Assembly (NCBI GenBank): GCA_965202585.1
Contig: OZ241832.1
Location: 30,070,001-30,134,000, forward strand
Source of the DNA: Thalia democratica
Lineage: Eukaryota
Reading direction: 5' to 3'
DNA length: 64,000 bases
Positions 14,261 through 26,801 of this stretch are shown piece by piece. Position numbers and translations under genes: made by a program. The notes under the pieces were generated by a model. That model was given only the letters and a program-made list of their open reading frames with translations. It searched no databases and was not told the DNA's origin. Positions within the stretch are counted from its first letter, which is position 1. Each line of letters opens with the position of its first letter.

Positions 14261-14538
14261 CAGGGTTTCTCAAAAATTTTTTTCAAAACGCCCCTTTAAA
14301 GATAATAAAGAAGTTATGGCCCCTCTCACAAGATTTCTCAAAAAACTTCCATTACAAACTCCTAAAACTTTTTTCTGTTGCTCTCCATCATCAAGTCAAT
14401 TTTCATAATTTTTTAGCCGAATATCAAGTTTCAAAACTACCATTAAAAACGCCTAAAATCTTTTTTCGCTCTTTATTTGTCCCTAAACCTATTTCATGGC
14501 CACCAAAGGGTACACTTGGCCCACTTTGTGAAACTCTG
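14261..14538. mobile_element. hAT-type MITE (CAGGGTTTC-ended family)
   Basis: Starts CAGGGTTTCTCAAA, ends GCCCACTTTGTGAAACTCTG, the reverse complement of the end type seen at 44581 and 56651. No clean TSD. Confidence 0.55.
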
Positions 14539-14977
14539 TGCTAGAGCAACCAATTAAAACAACATATGGCTTGCTTACTCAAAATTTCTTCTTCACCAAG
14601 GATAATCTAAGTTTAAGAATATTTAAATTAAAGTAAAAATAGTTAATATTTCAACATTTGTATTATTGAAAATTAGTCAAGATTACATTATAAAATGTTT
14701 TTTTATAACATACCAGTGATCGTACTTTAAATTTTTTATAGTGCTTTTTAAGTTAATAAATAATGCCCTTAAAAAAGTATTTGAGAAACCTAAAGCCTCC
14801 CTAGCCCCCGGGTATAGTTAATTGTTTTATTAAATGATTGGTTGTTATTAAAAATTTATTTTTTTTAAGAAAACCATGTTAAATTATTTTTTTCCTATCT
14901 ATTTTAGATATAATTTAGCGTAAAGTTCATATTCTTGACATAAAAAATTATCATGTGTGCCGTTTTTTTTTTTGTAC

Positions 14978-15305
14978 CAGGGGTCACTTTGGCACGAAAA
15001 CACTTTTGCACGGATTGAAACTTTTTTAGTTTGTTTTTATTAATTTTATCTTTTATTTTACCGTTTCTTTACTACCCTTAAACTCAAAAACCTTCGTCGG
15101 TATTTTTTTCTTAACTATTATTTTATTGTTACCATTATTTTTCAATTTCGTGAAAAGCTGTCACTCATGAAAAATTGACTCTTCGTGAAAAAAGTTCTAC
15201 GTGCAAAAGTGTCGCTGTGCAAAAGTGACCCTTAGTGCAAAAGTGTCGTTGTGCGTATTTGATCTGTCCCCCGAAGACAAAAACGCACGAAGACACTTTT
15301 GCACA
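14978..15305. repeat. Relic of TGCACGA/GTGCAAAAG subterminal-repeat element, related to the MULE-like host at 31362
   Basis: Clusters of TTTTGCACG / CGTGCAAAAGTG motifs in both orientations, like the motif arrays at 31375-31525 and 35790-35960. Confidence 0.5.
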
Positions 15306-16849
15306 TGTTGAATTGTTTTTATTCTAATCGCTTATTAATTAGAAAGATTATAATATAGTTTTCAAAAATTTCAAATTTATTGCACACTATATAAGTTCAA
15401 AACGTTTACTGAAGACGGGTTTTTATCTGAAAACTTTTTGAACTTATGTAATATGCAGTGAATTTGTATGTTTTTCAAAGGTATCTTTTGATTTTTTACA
15501 ATTATTGAGACAGAAGAAAAAAGACAATTAAAAAATTGACTGTGTCCTGGACTGATTTAAGAATTTTAATATATATCTTGAACTACTTATTAAGTATTGC
15601 CTAAGTAATGTCTATAATCTTTTAATGTTGACATAATGAAGTACAAATTGAACTATAAGAATAAGAGCTGGGATGAAAAACAGTTTTATATAAAACATCT
15701 TAAATATATTTTATAAATTACATTTTATAAGGTTAAAGCTAAAATAAATATAATTAATAGTTTTAAAGAACTTCTATATTAAAAATTTTAAAAATTTGAG
15801 TATTTTATATTTAATTTGGTTGAAAGTGTAGAGAAACACTACTAATCCCAGTAGTACTTAAAATTTTGTGAAATTGTTTATCAAAAATAAATGTGCTAAA
15901 CAAAATTTCTAAATGTTTTTCTGGCGCTATATCACGTTTTCTAGAAGAAATTTTGAGAGTAATTTTATTTTCATAAAAATAACTACTAATTTGAAAATAA
16001 AAAAACAAACTAATATAACAACAATATTTATCAAAGTAATGTTAAAAATAAATGAATGGAAAACTAAAACAAGTAAAAATAACATTAACAATTATAATTG
16101 TCTAAAATAATATTTTATACTTTTCAATAAAATGTATTTGGTTTATTCATTAAAAACAAACGATTATTTAAAAGCAATAGTAAAACAAATATAAATCTAT
16201 TTTGGAAGGAATTAAATGGAACTAATGTATAATTTTACGAATCAAAGTGTATTTATTATAAACAAAGAATTATGTAACCAGGTTAAGTTATAGAATATTT
16301 GTTTAGTAAGCATTTTATTTCAATATACTCAAGCTTATGTAAAAAACGTTATGTAATAAAAGTAAAGTCAATTTAAATATAGTTTCAAGACAAATAGAAA
16401 GAAAAACATTTAAATTTTTTTTTTTATTTGAAATTACAATAAAACATTTCTTAAAACAGCCTATTAAATTAGGTTAATAATTTAATCTTAAACAACACTA
16501 CATAAAGTATAGGTATTTAGTAGTAGAACAACTAAATGATAATATACTTTGCTTTTATTGTTAAAACCAAATTTTGAACAACATTATGTAAAGATTTTTA
16601 GTTATCATTAACAAAAAAACGTTAAAAACATTTTAAAGTTTAAGACATTTTTGAAAGAAGTTGCATTATTAAAAACTAGATGGGTGAAAGTCACAATCAT
16701 GCCTAAGTAAAAAAAAAAAGCATAATTCTGAAACTTAATTGATTTAGCTATTATAAGTTTTTAAAACGACCATAAAATATACTAAAACTGGTGCAAAATT
16801 TAATTGATGTACTTTAAGTTGTTAAAAAAATAGATTAAAAAAATTATAA

Positions 16850-17367
16850 TCAACACGCGTTGCTTTCTTCGTGCCTAACCAAATTTGGCAACAAATTAAA
16901 CTTCTTACCGCATTTTCTACAAGCAAAAACGGGTCTGAAATGAGTTTTAATGTGCGTGTTTAAAGATGACGAAGTATGAAACTTCTTGTTACAATGGGGG
17001 CAAGGGTATTTCGGTTCTGAATGATACTGCATGTGGATTTTCAGCTCACGTTTGCTTTTAAAACACCTTCCATCCGGGCAAATCTCGCACTTGAAATTTC
17101 TCTCCTTACTGTGAGTAACTTCATGGTCTTTCAAGTTGGATTTCGTGATGAATCTTTTGCCGCAAGTGAGACACGCGTAAGGCTTTTCTCCCGTGTGCGT
17201 CCTCTGGTGAACTTTGAGGTTAAATTTGGTTCGATAAGACTTGAGGCAAATTTCGCACTGATGAAACATTTTGCGCGCGTTTTTGCGAAGGCGTATAGGT
17301 TCTTCCGTGGCAATCGTCTCCTTTGATTTTGATAAATTTTCTTGGAGGTTCTGCACAGCACTGCTGA
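16850..17367 (-). CDS. Terminal exon with five C2H2 zinc fingers (last one C2HC-like)
   Basis: CEIC..HQRTH-TGEKPY-CLTC..HEVTH; CEICPDGRC..HMQYH; CPHC..HIKTH; CRKC..HEESNAC. Acceptor TTTTCAG at 17368-17374; the MFKFS start given in the ORF track is intronic. Confidence 0.93.
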
Positions 17368-20300
17368 CTGAAAATTTAAACATATATTAGGTGCCTTAAG
17401 TATTACTTAACTCGTGAGTTTGAATAGTATCTGTACTGTCGCCGCTACCCAAGGATTTATTGTGAATTTCTTCCAGATTTAAAAAACATGCTTTTTGTTT
17501 AACTTTCAATAAAAAAATTATTTAAGCTAAAAAGCTGTCTTTATTGGTATAACAATGTCAAAAAGACATTGTAAATCTACTTGCAATGTGTTTTTAATGA
17601 AAAATAAATTAAACAAAACGTTCTATTCTTATAATAATTTTTTCGTATTTAATACAAACTTCTGTACTTATAATGTAAAAACAGTATCAAGTTCCAGGTC
17701 TTTCCAATTTTTATTTTTAAAATACAGATTTTTCTTTTACTTAGATTGTGAAGTTCCATGTTTTTAAAGGATTCGATGTTTTTTGGCAACTCTGGTACTG
17801 TGTAAAAGTAGTTCAAAAATCATTAAATTATTTCAAAACTCAATAATTGAATGAAAGCTATCATAATTCATTTATTTTTAATTTAATATCAAACGAATCA
17901 AAATACATAAATAATTCAGAATTTTATCATTTTAGTAAAATAAATCAATTTACTATCTGTAGTTTATATATAACGAATTTAATCTCATAAATAGACATAA
18001 ATAATTAAAGGAAACAGATAGTGGCATAAGTTTAAATTAAAGTATAAGGCATTGTTCATAATAATATAACAAAATATATAATTCTAAAAGTTTGTTTTAA
18101 AAGGTTAAAACTTAGTTATAAATAAATATTAAACCAAAATAAAATATACATTTTTAACTTTTAAATAAAATTTTAATTTGAACAATTTAAAGTATTTTTT
18201 TAGAAATAAGTCAATATTTAAACAACTATGAAAAATCTAACTTTCTAACATGAAATAAATGGTATAAAGTGACAGAAAAATATTTCTTTTAAAATCTATA
18301 ATTAATAAGCATTAAACAAAAAGAATAATCAGGTCATATACTTAACTTTTTTAATGATAGGTCTTGAAACATGGTTGCCACTCGTTTTTTTTAATTTCCA
18401 GGTTTCAAAGTTTCCTTTAGGTTTTTAAAATTACACATTTTGGGTCTATTTTTAGTTTGAAGTAAAGGCTATAAACTGTTTTAAATAGAATAAAAACATT
18501 GAAAAGAAACTGTTAAACTTCTTTAAATGTGATTTTGAATATAATAATTTTTGATGATGAACAAAAAACATTATCTATATTTTTGTGTCACATCGAAAAT
18601 TTTATACTTAATATGTAAAAATTATTTAAAATTCCGGGTCCTTTTTGCCTAAATTGTCAAGTTCCAGGATTTTCAAGGTTTCCAGGTAAAGTGGCAACCC
18701 TGTCAAAACCCATACTAACTTTAATTTGAAATAAAGCTAATACAATGTAAAGTATTTATCATTTTTCATTAATACCGCTCGTTAATTAAGCTTCATTATA
18801 ATAACAGTAAAATGAATAAAGTTTTAATAAAAATTATAATAATTTATATTACACAAAAAATTGTAGATAAATATGATTTTTTTTAAATAAAGTAAATAAC
18901 TATCAGTTTTTTAGTTTGCTAGCTTCCAAACTTATGCTAAAAACGTTATTATTGTCAAGACAGAGAAAAACATTATTGTAAAAACATAAACAAATTTAAA
19001 CAAGAAAATGTATTACTCAATTATAATCAAGATACAACTTGAGGAATAAAATTACATTTTGTATTAAAAATATTTTAACTAATTTTTTTACTGGAAAGGC
19101 TAGATAAACTGTACGTTTTTCTAGAAGTTATATATCAGTAAGAACAAAATTTATATATTATTAATTGTTTTTAAGTTCAGTAGTTAAAAATACCTGAAGA
19201 AAAACCATAACTATTTTAGGAACTTATTTTTTATTTAGTTGCTAAATTATTTCAATTTATTTATATAGATTGCAAACTTTAATGAAATATATTTTAAACT
19301 TAAAACAAAAGGTTTGGTTTATTTGTGGTAAAAAAGAGAGATAAGTATAGAAACATCAGTACTTAAAAGATACTTTTATTGTATTTAATGATCATAACTA
19401 TTCAATAAAGTTATTTTACTCAGTAAACCAATGCATCAAAAACTTGAAACGTAATCAGAATAAAAACGTAAGTATAAAATGTATCAATTGTTTGATAATA
19501 AAAACAACAATATCCTGAAAAACAGCATTTTAAGTGGAAGAAATAAATGGTAGGCAAAACACACAGTTTTGTAAAACAATTAAGGACATAGGGGGTCCAC
19601 CTTTATTTTTACAAGTCAATCTTATTCTGTAGAGTTAAATATTAGCTATTTTACCCCTTAAAAAACCCAAAGAAGAATTTGAGATAAAAGTTGGTGAGCT
19701 CAATAGGTTCCTAACCAGGGGCGTCGCGTGGGGTGTTGCACTGCCGCAACTGCACCACCTTGAAATTTTGTAAGAAAAAAAAAAGTATCTATAACGTTTT
19801 CGTTATTTTTTAAACGAAATCTCTTTTAAAACTCCAATTTTGAAAACGACCATTTTGCCCACTTCACTGCCGCAAACTCTTAGCTGACTGCCGCAAATGA
19901 ACTCAAAAAAGCAAAATTTCTTCAAGAATTACCGCAAAATCAATATCTTGCGGTAAGTAAGTTAAGTTGAAAATTCCCTAAAACAGGACTTGCTTAAGTA
20001 TCATCTACAAGCTATTGTAAACATAAAGTAAAAACAAAGCTAAGCTACTGCAAAGTGCAAAGGATTAAGCTTAAGTTTATGTACCCCCATGATTTTTTAA
20101 ATTTAAGAGATCACTTCTATTAAAAAGAAACAATAAAAGAACAAAACTTGTCATAAATTACATATTTTGAAAAAAATAGACAAAAAACCTAAATCACCAA
20201 AGTCTTTAAAATTTGTTTTTTTATTTAAATCTGCATACATAAACTTAACTATAACTGATTATTGTTATTATAAAGTTAATAAAATATTTAATTAAATTTT

Positions 20301-23300
20301 ATTTAAATATTAAATTTGAGTGCTGAAAATAAATGTTAAGAAGTTTATTATAAACTTCTAGTTTACTCTTACAGAAAAATAATTTAGATTTATATTAAAT
20401 AAAAATTAGTATTTTTGATACAGTCACATATTTAAATAAAGTAAATAGCTTTAACTTAGAAATTTTGATTACTTAGAGTAGTTTAACATTTTAGGAGAAT
20501 TTAGTCTACTTTATATGACTTTTGGTTTAATATTTTTATTAACAAAGAAAAAATTTTAGATAAAATTGCTGAAACATGGTTGCCTTGCCTCATAATCTGG
20601 ATAACTTAGAAATATAAAAAAACTAAAGATGACCCAAGATAAATTAAAACAGACCAAATTAGAAAAATATTCAGGCTGACTAAAGCAGTTTTAGTATTTT
20701 ACTCTGAAAATAACAAGCTTATTTATAATTAAAAAATAAGTGTTTTACCCCTATGGCCACATGAAAACTAACTAACCAATTTTTTTAATGCTTTAATGGT
20801 TACATATTTATAATTTATCTTTAAATTTCTTGAAAAGTCAACAGCCTCACCAACTAAACTTAAAAAAGTTGAGCTCCTGAGAAAAATACTGTCATCAAAA
20901 TGAAAAACAAATTTAGCTTAAATAAAGAAAAGATACCCTTAAAGAACTATTGAATTTTAAACCTCCAACAAAAAAACATTAAATTTGGAAAAAAGTTAAC
21001 AAAAATCTAAATGTTTGTAAAACAAATTGTGCAAAATTTTGAGGGGTAAGGGGGGGGGAAGGGGTGTATAGGCTCTTTTTTCATGTTGTTCTTATTTTAA
21101 CGTTTTCAGAAAACTAATAGTTACTTTAAATAAACTTGAAATTTCCAATTAAACTTTTAGATACAACTAGTCAAAGCCAGAGAGTACAATGATTTATTAT
21201 ACAAGGAGCAAACCAAAACACCAAAAAAATACAATTTTACTGAAAACCTATATTCTCCATAATTCCTAAAGCAATTTTTATCAAACTTTTTATCCTACTT
21301 TTTAGAAAATTTTATCTTTTTGTTGAAGAGAAGTTTTAAATTTTTAAGTATCAATATATATTTTTATATATACAAAAAAATAATTACTTTTGTTATAACT
21401 TTTTTTTCTTAGTGTTTTAAATATCTATTTTAGCAAATTGTTTTGTTTTATAAAAGAAACATCGAAAGATTTTAAGGCCAACTTATAAAAAAAAGATATT
21501 ATTATAGTGATTTGATTTATTTGTTGTTCGAGTTTATATTATATTAATAAGGATTCTTTTGTACCACTGACTGTGAATTACCATATCTCAAAAATTAATA
21601 TGAATTTTTTATATTGATAAAATATGACTTTTAGTTAAATTAAAACTGTATAAAATAACTTCAGTAAAATAATTCTAAAGTAGATGATAAAATTGTTATA
21701 GAAAAAAGTCTTTATTTAAGATAAAAAAGAGTTTTAAAGTAGGGGATTTTTTAAAAATTCTGCACCACCTAATAAAAATACCACGCGACGCCACTGTTCC
21801 TAACAGAAGACTTAAACCAAAACACAATAAAAAAAAAGAGAATTTCACTACAAAAATATGTTCTCTTTTATTTTTAATCCAATATTCTTCAAACTTTCAC
21901 AGTAAATTTATTTCTAATAAATCAGATCTTTTAAACGCAAAACAAAAAATCTGATTAATGAAACCTTAATTACAAATATTTTTATTTTTTTATCTAAAAT
22001 TTCAAATTTATATATTTTTTTTAAATTCAACATTAAAAGTAAAAAATGTTTTCAGTGAATTAAAAGGTCTCTAGCTCAAAAATAAAGGAAATATATTTTT
22101 AGTGAAATATAAAATATTTATGAAAACTGGCAAAAACATATTGGGTCTATAGGTTTATACTGTAATTTTTTCACAAATTTTTTTTTATCTCTAAACTTAA
22201 CTGAAATTTTTATACTGTATAAACACTTATTTAGAGTTTATACTTTGAGTTTTCGTATAAGAACCAATGTTAAGGGCATAGGGGAGTTAAAAACACTTTT
22301 TTCACAATTTGATCTTATTTTATATAGTTTTTACTAAGCTACAAGAGGCTTTTCACGGATTTTAAAAATCAAAAATAACTTTTGAGATAGAGCCGGTCAA
22401 AGTTGGGGGCAACATTAGGTTTCTTATAGGAGGGGCAAACTAAAACAGCAAAAATAGACTATTTCACTAAAAATCTATATTCTTTTTTGTTTTTTATGAT
22501 AACTACTTCAAATGTTCAGGAAGTGTTTCTTAGTATATTTAGAAAATTCTGTCAGAAAGAATTTTGAAAACTGAAAAATAATTTTTTTATTAAAATATAA
22601 ACAAAATAAAACAGTTTTGTTTTTTTATTATAAAACTGCTAATTTAAATTTTACTTAACCTTGTTTCTGACAGAATTTTTTAAATATTGCAAGAAAAACT
22701 TGAGGTAGTTATCCTAAAAAACAAGGAGATAGATTTTTAGTGATATCTAGTTATTTGCCGTTTTAGTTTGTACCTCCCATAAGCAACCTATTGTTGGCTC
22801 CGACTTTGACCGGCTTTATATCAAAAACTATTTTGAACTTTTTTAATCTGTAGAAAGCACCTTGTAGCTTAGTAAAAAGTATATAAAACAAGATTAAATT
22901 GTGAAAAAAGTGTTTTAAACTCCCTATGCCCTAAATTTTTTTAATCTAAAAATATGCATTATACATCTAAAGCAGAATTTTAATTGACGAACCAAATTGT
23001 TCTTTTTGAATTGAATGTACATCACTGAACAACTAAATAAGAGTTCATCAAAATTAGTTTACCTTTTGACGTAGCTTTTATTGTTCTGTTGATAGGTGAA
23101 ATTACACCATTTGAATACAATACGAACTGGGGAACAATATTTTGTTTATTCATTACAAACTTATCACCATTTGAGTTCAAATTAAAGTTTATTGAGTGGA
23201 CGCCTGCTACTTCTGCAAAAATCATATAAAGCATTCAGAGAAACAAAACAACTGATTTAGCTTTTAGTTATATAAATGTTTGCATGTTTAAATAATTGGT

Positions 23301-26300
23301 AAGTAATGATCAGGTCTTCCATGACTTACTCAAATTTATACAAAACATAAATTTTGTAAAATAAACAGATCTTGTTTTATTTTAGACTTAAGTAAAAGAA
23401 AAAGAATCTTTGATTACTAATTAAGACTTGTATGAAATTAAAAATAAATTTAAGTTTTTCTATGTCAATAAAAAAACCCATTAAGAACACAGAAAAATAG
23501 CTAAAATTTTTGAGTACACTGTACACTAGGGTGCTTATAAATACGGCGAACGTTGAGTTTTCAGCTGGACTTTTTACACTTGGCAAGTATCACAAAAACA
23601 CCCTGTGAAATTTTTAAGACGATTTGAAAAAACTTTAACGTTAATGGAATTCAATTTTCGAAAAACCACCCCAATGGAAACTGTATTGGACCAAAAAAAC
23701 AATCTTAAAGTTTTTAGCTGATTTTTTTTCACATGTGGCCAATTATTACATAAACACATTGTGCACAATTTAAGATGATTAAAAGAAAGCTTTATGGAGA
23801 CAACTCTTAATTTTAAGTTATTTTTATCAATTTTTTTAAGTTTTATTTATTTATTTTCTTTTTTTCAAATATTTGAGAAACTCCTTCATAATATTTTTTG
23901 TTATTCATTTTAAATTGTGCACAATGAGCTTTTGTGATAATTGCCACTAGAAAAATGATTCAAGCTAAAAATTGTAATGTTGATTTTTTTTGGTCTTATA
24001 CAGTTTGAATTGTGGTGGTTTTCAAAAAAAATAGAATGCTTCCACCGTGAAGGTTTCTTCAAACAATATAAAACTTTGCACAGGGTGTTTTTGTGATATG
24101 TATAAGTATTGTTAACATATTTAGCATAAAAATTAAAAATAAAGTTAGTCAAGTTTTAATTTCCACAAACAAGTTAAAAATTGGTAAAGAACTACATAAA
24201 CAGAACTTTAAGCTACTTAAGAAAACTTACCTTTAATATTTGATTCAATTTCATTATTTTGAAGAGTTACTTCAGAGTTTTGAAAATAGACTTTACCATT
24301 AGTGTGAATACTAGCTTTACTTTTTTCATCAACATTATCATCTAAACGGTAAAAAAATATTCAAATAAAGAAGAAAAAACAAGATCAAACATGAAATACT
24401 TATTTTTTATAAGGTATTTGTTTGAGAAAACTAACAGAAATACTTTATTTCTTACATTTACTTATACCTTGTCTTGAAGTGTTATCAATCATATTTAAAT
24501 TATCATCATTAGTACACAACTCAACTGGTTTGATTTTTATTGATTCAACATTTATTGTGTTCCAAGTTTGGTTGTTAAAACTTGAGTTCCCACCTTCTGT
24601 TCAAGTAAATGTGTAAAAAGTTTCAAACAAATTAAAATTAAGTTAAATTTTCAAATTTACCAGTCCTGTTCTCAGGAGATTTATCAAAATATTGCAGCAA
24701 CTTGTTATTTTTGGATGTAACTTCATTTACTTTTAGTGGCTGTATTGTGGTATCTACAAAAATATATAGTTTTATAAGTAAATTATTTTCTTTATCAATA
24801 TAATTTACTTTACCATTCTCAGTTTTGTTTGATGTTTCATCTTTTTCTTTTATATGATCAACAAATGTATTTCTGTTAATGTTTTTCAATCTGAAATATC
24901 TATTGTTTAAATATGAAAGGATAATTCTGTTTTGTAACAAACTTAATTAAAAGTGCACACTCTTTATATCACGTAAATTTTTAAGTTTATAAATAAAAAA
25001 TTTTAATATGTCATTTACATAAAATATAGTGCAGTAATACAAAAGTATAGAGCCAAAAACTGTTTCATAATGACAGCAAAATTTTTATTAGATCTTAATT
25101 ATTATTATTATATTGTTTATTGTGCAATGTTGGACTCGGGCATCAAAACCTGATTCACTAAAACAGGACACACATTGAGAAAAATAAAAATAAAATAAAC
25201 TACATTTATATTCAACAAAAAAAAGTTATAAATAAAACATTAAACAAATTTAAAACTATAAAAAAATCTCATTAAACAGTTTTAACTTATTTGCTTGACA
25301 TAAAAGGCGATAACTTAGTACATCATACAAACAAATTTGTAGAAATTAACAAAATTAAGTTAATAGTCTGTTAGGGGGAGGCTTAGGGATATAAAACTAA
25401 TTAATATCACAAGTAAAAAAAACGAAGAAATCACTAGTTAATTTAGTTGGGACAAATACTATAAAAAAAATTTAATTATTTTTCTGTATTGTTTTTAAGA
25501 AAAGTTACTGAATTATACTGATATTTACACTATTTATATTAAATCTTTTTAGTTCTAAGCCATAACACATTCTTTGTAATCAAGTATAAAAAACTGTAGA
25601 AGTAAAAAATCTTACTGTGTATTTTTCAACATGATTTTTTCTAATGCATAAATTTTGTCTGATAGTTTAACATTTGCTTCAGCCATCATTCTTTTTTCAA
25701 TTTCCAAACTGTGATAACTTTAAAATTTTAAACTTTTTTTAATACTAAGGCAGATGAAACTTTGTCATTGTTAAACTATTTTAGCATTTAAGTTTACTAT
25801 TGCTAAAAAACTGTATTTGTTGTTTAAATTTTTTTTCTTACTTTTTAACTTGTTGCAGCAATTCAATGTTTTTATCAAACAGGTTTTTATTTTCCTTTTC
25901 CAAAGTGCAATTCTTGTTTTGTAAATTTTTGTTCTCTGAGCTTTGCTTTTCAATAAGCTGAATCAAGCAAGACATCAGAAACTCAGCTTGGTTTAAATCT
26001 TAAAAAAATAAATTTAGTTACTATACAGTCACTTGGAGTATGGTTAAAAACGTATTACAAAGTAAACTGAAAGTCCATGTTTTTAATTAAAATTTAACTT
26101 AAGGTTATAATTCAAAATCCAACAAAAATTATAACATCATCATTATGATTTGGAAAAAATCTATATTATTTGTATAAATACTAGCTCTAGTTTTTTCAAT
26201 ACCTGGAGAGTTTGTTTTATATTTAATGTTTTATGATTTTAGAACATAACATATATATACAACATGTTTCATTTTTACTTATATTGTAAATATTATCATT

Positions 26301-26801
26301 TAAAAGTTAAACAAACAAAATAAAATTTAGTAACATGCTTTTCTACGAAAAAAAATTATAAAGATTTTATTATAACCTTTTCTAGAACTGGTGTAACTCA
26401 TAATTGAGTTTTCATCATTAATACAAAACTCATCTGGTTCGATTTTGATTGGATCAACATTTATTGTGTCTGAAGTTTGGTTGTTAAAAATTGAGTTCCC
26501 AACTTCTGTTCAAGTAATAAATATGTAAAAAAATTCCAAACAAATTAAGTTAAACTTTATAACTTACCAGTCCTGCTCTCAGACGACTTATCAAAATACT
26601 GCAGCAACTTGTTTGCATTAGGTGTAACTTCATTTACTTTTAGTGGATTGTTATTAGAACAATGAAAACTTTCTGCTTCAGCCAGATTTTTATTTTCCCT
26701 TTCCAAACTGTAGTTCTTGACTCGTAAAATTTTGTTTTCTGAGCTTTGCTTTTCAATAAGCTGTTTCAAGCGAGTCATCAGAAACTCAGCTTGGTTGATA
26801 T
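16850..26801 (-). CDS. Gene A: coiled-coil/linker module plus C-terminal 5x C2H2 zinc-finger protein (at least ~528 aa; 5' end unresolved)
   Basis: Minus-strand exons 26801-26568, 26505-26377, 25998-25842, 25717-25616, 24890-24814, 24753-24661, 24596-24468, 23212-23063, 17367-16850; all GT-AG, phases 1,1,1,2,2,1,1,1,1, no stops. Heptad-like segment (LIEKQSSENKNLQNKNCTLEKENKNL...), IKIEPD psi-K-x-E motif. Confidence 0.75.
18370..18702. mobile_element. hAT-type MITE (CAGGGTTGCCAC family), copy-A-specific insertion
   Basis: CATGGTTGCCAC...GTGGCAACCCTG; absent at the paralogous site ~40675 (TTCTCAAGACCCATAC). Same family as 62949-63340. TSD degenerate. Confidence 0.75.
19716..21796. mobile_element. 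Non-autonomous hAT element, ~2.08 kb, perfect 8-bp TSD
   Basis: TIR CAGGGGCGTCGCGTGG / CCACGCGACGCCACTG; TSD TTCCTAAC at 19708-19715 and 21797-21804; single TTTCTAAC at the empty site in copy B (~41630). No long ORF inside. Confidence 0.9.
22274..22931. mobile_element. Fold-back MITE with GGGCATAGGG termini at a TTAA site (Kolobok-like)
   Basis: TTAA|GGGCATAGGGG ... CCCTATGCCC|TAA; arms pair imperfectly over ~300 bp; empty site AATGTTAAATTTT at ~42085 in copy B. Further ends of this family at ~19584, ~20750, ~39020, ~41495. Superfamily call (RR termini plus TTAA) is inference. Confidence 0.75.
23588..24098. mobile_element. Palindromic MITE (~510 bp)
   Basis: TATCACAAAAACACCCTGTG ... CACAGGGTGTTTTTGTGATA with long imperfect arms; partial homologues at ~36290-36470 and ~42520-42960. 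Confidence 0.65.

Noticed and set aside
14194-14544. 116-aa plus-strand ORF
   Set aside because: Lies almost entirely within a hAT-type MITE (14261-14538); no recognisable protein features.
17021-17361. ORFs 17021-17326 (+) and 17131-17361 (-)
   Set aside because: Antisense and alternative-frame shadows of the zinc-finger exon.
20100-21000. Possible transposase remnant inside the 2-kb hAT element
   Set aside because: No sustained frame or recognisable hAT motif by eye.
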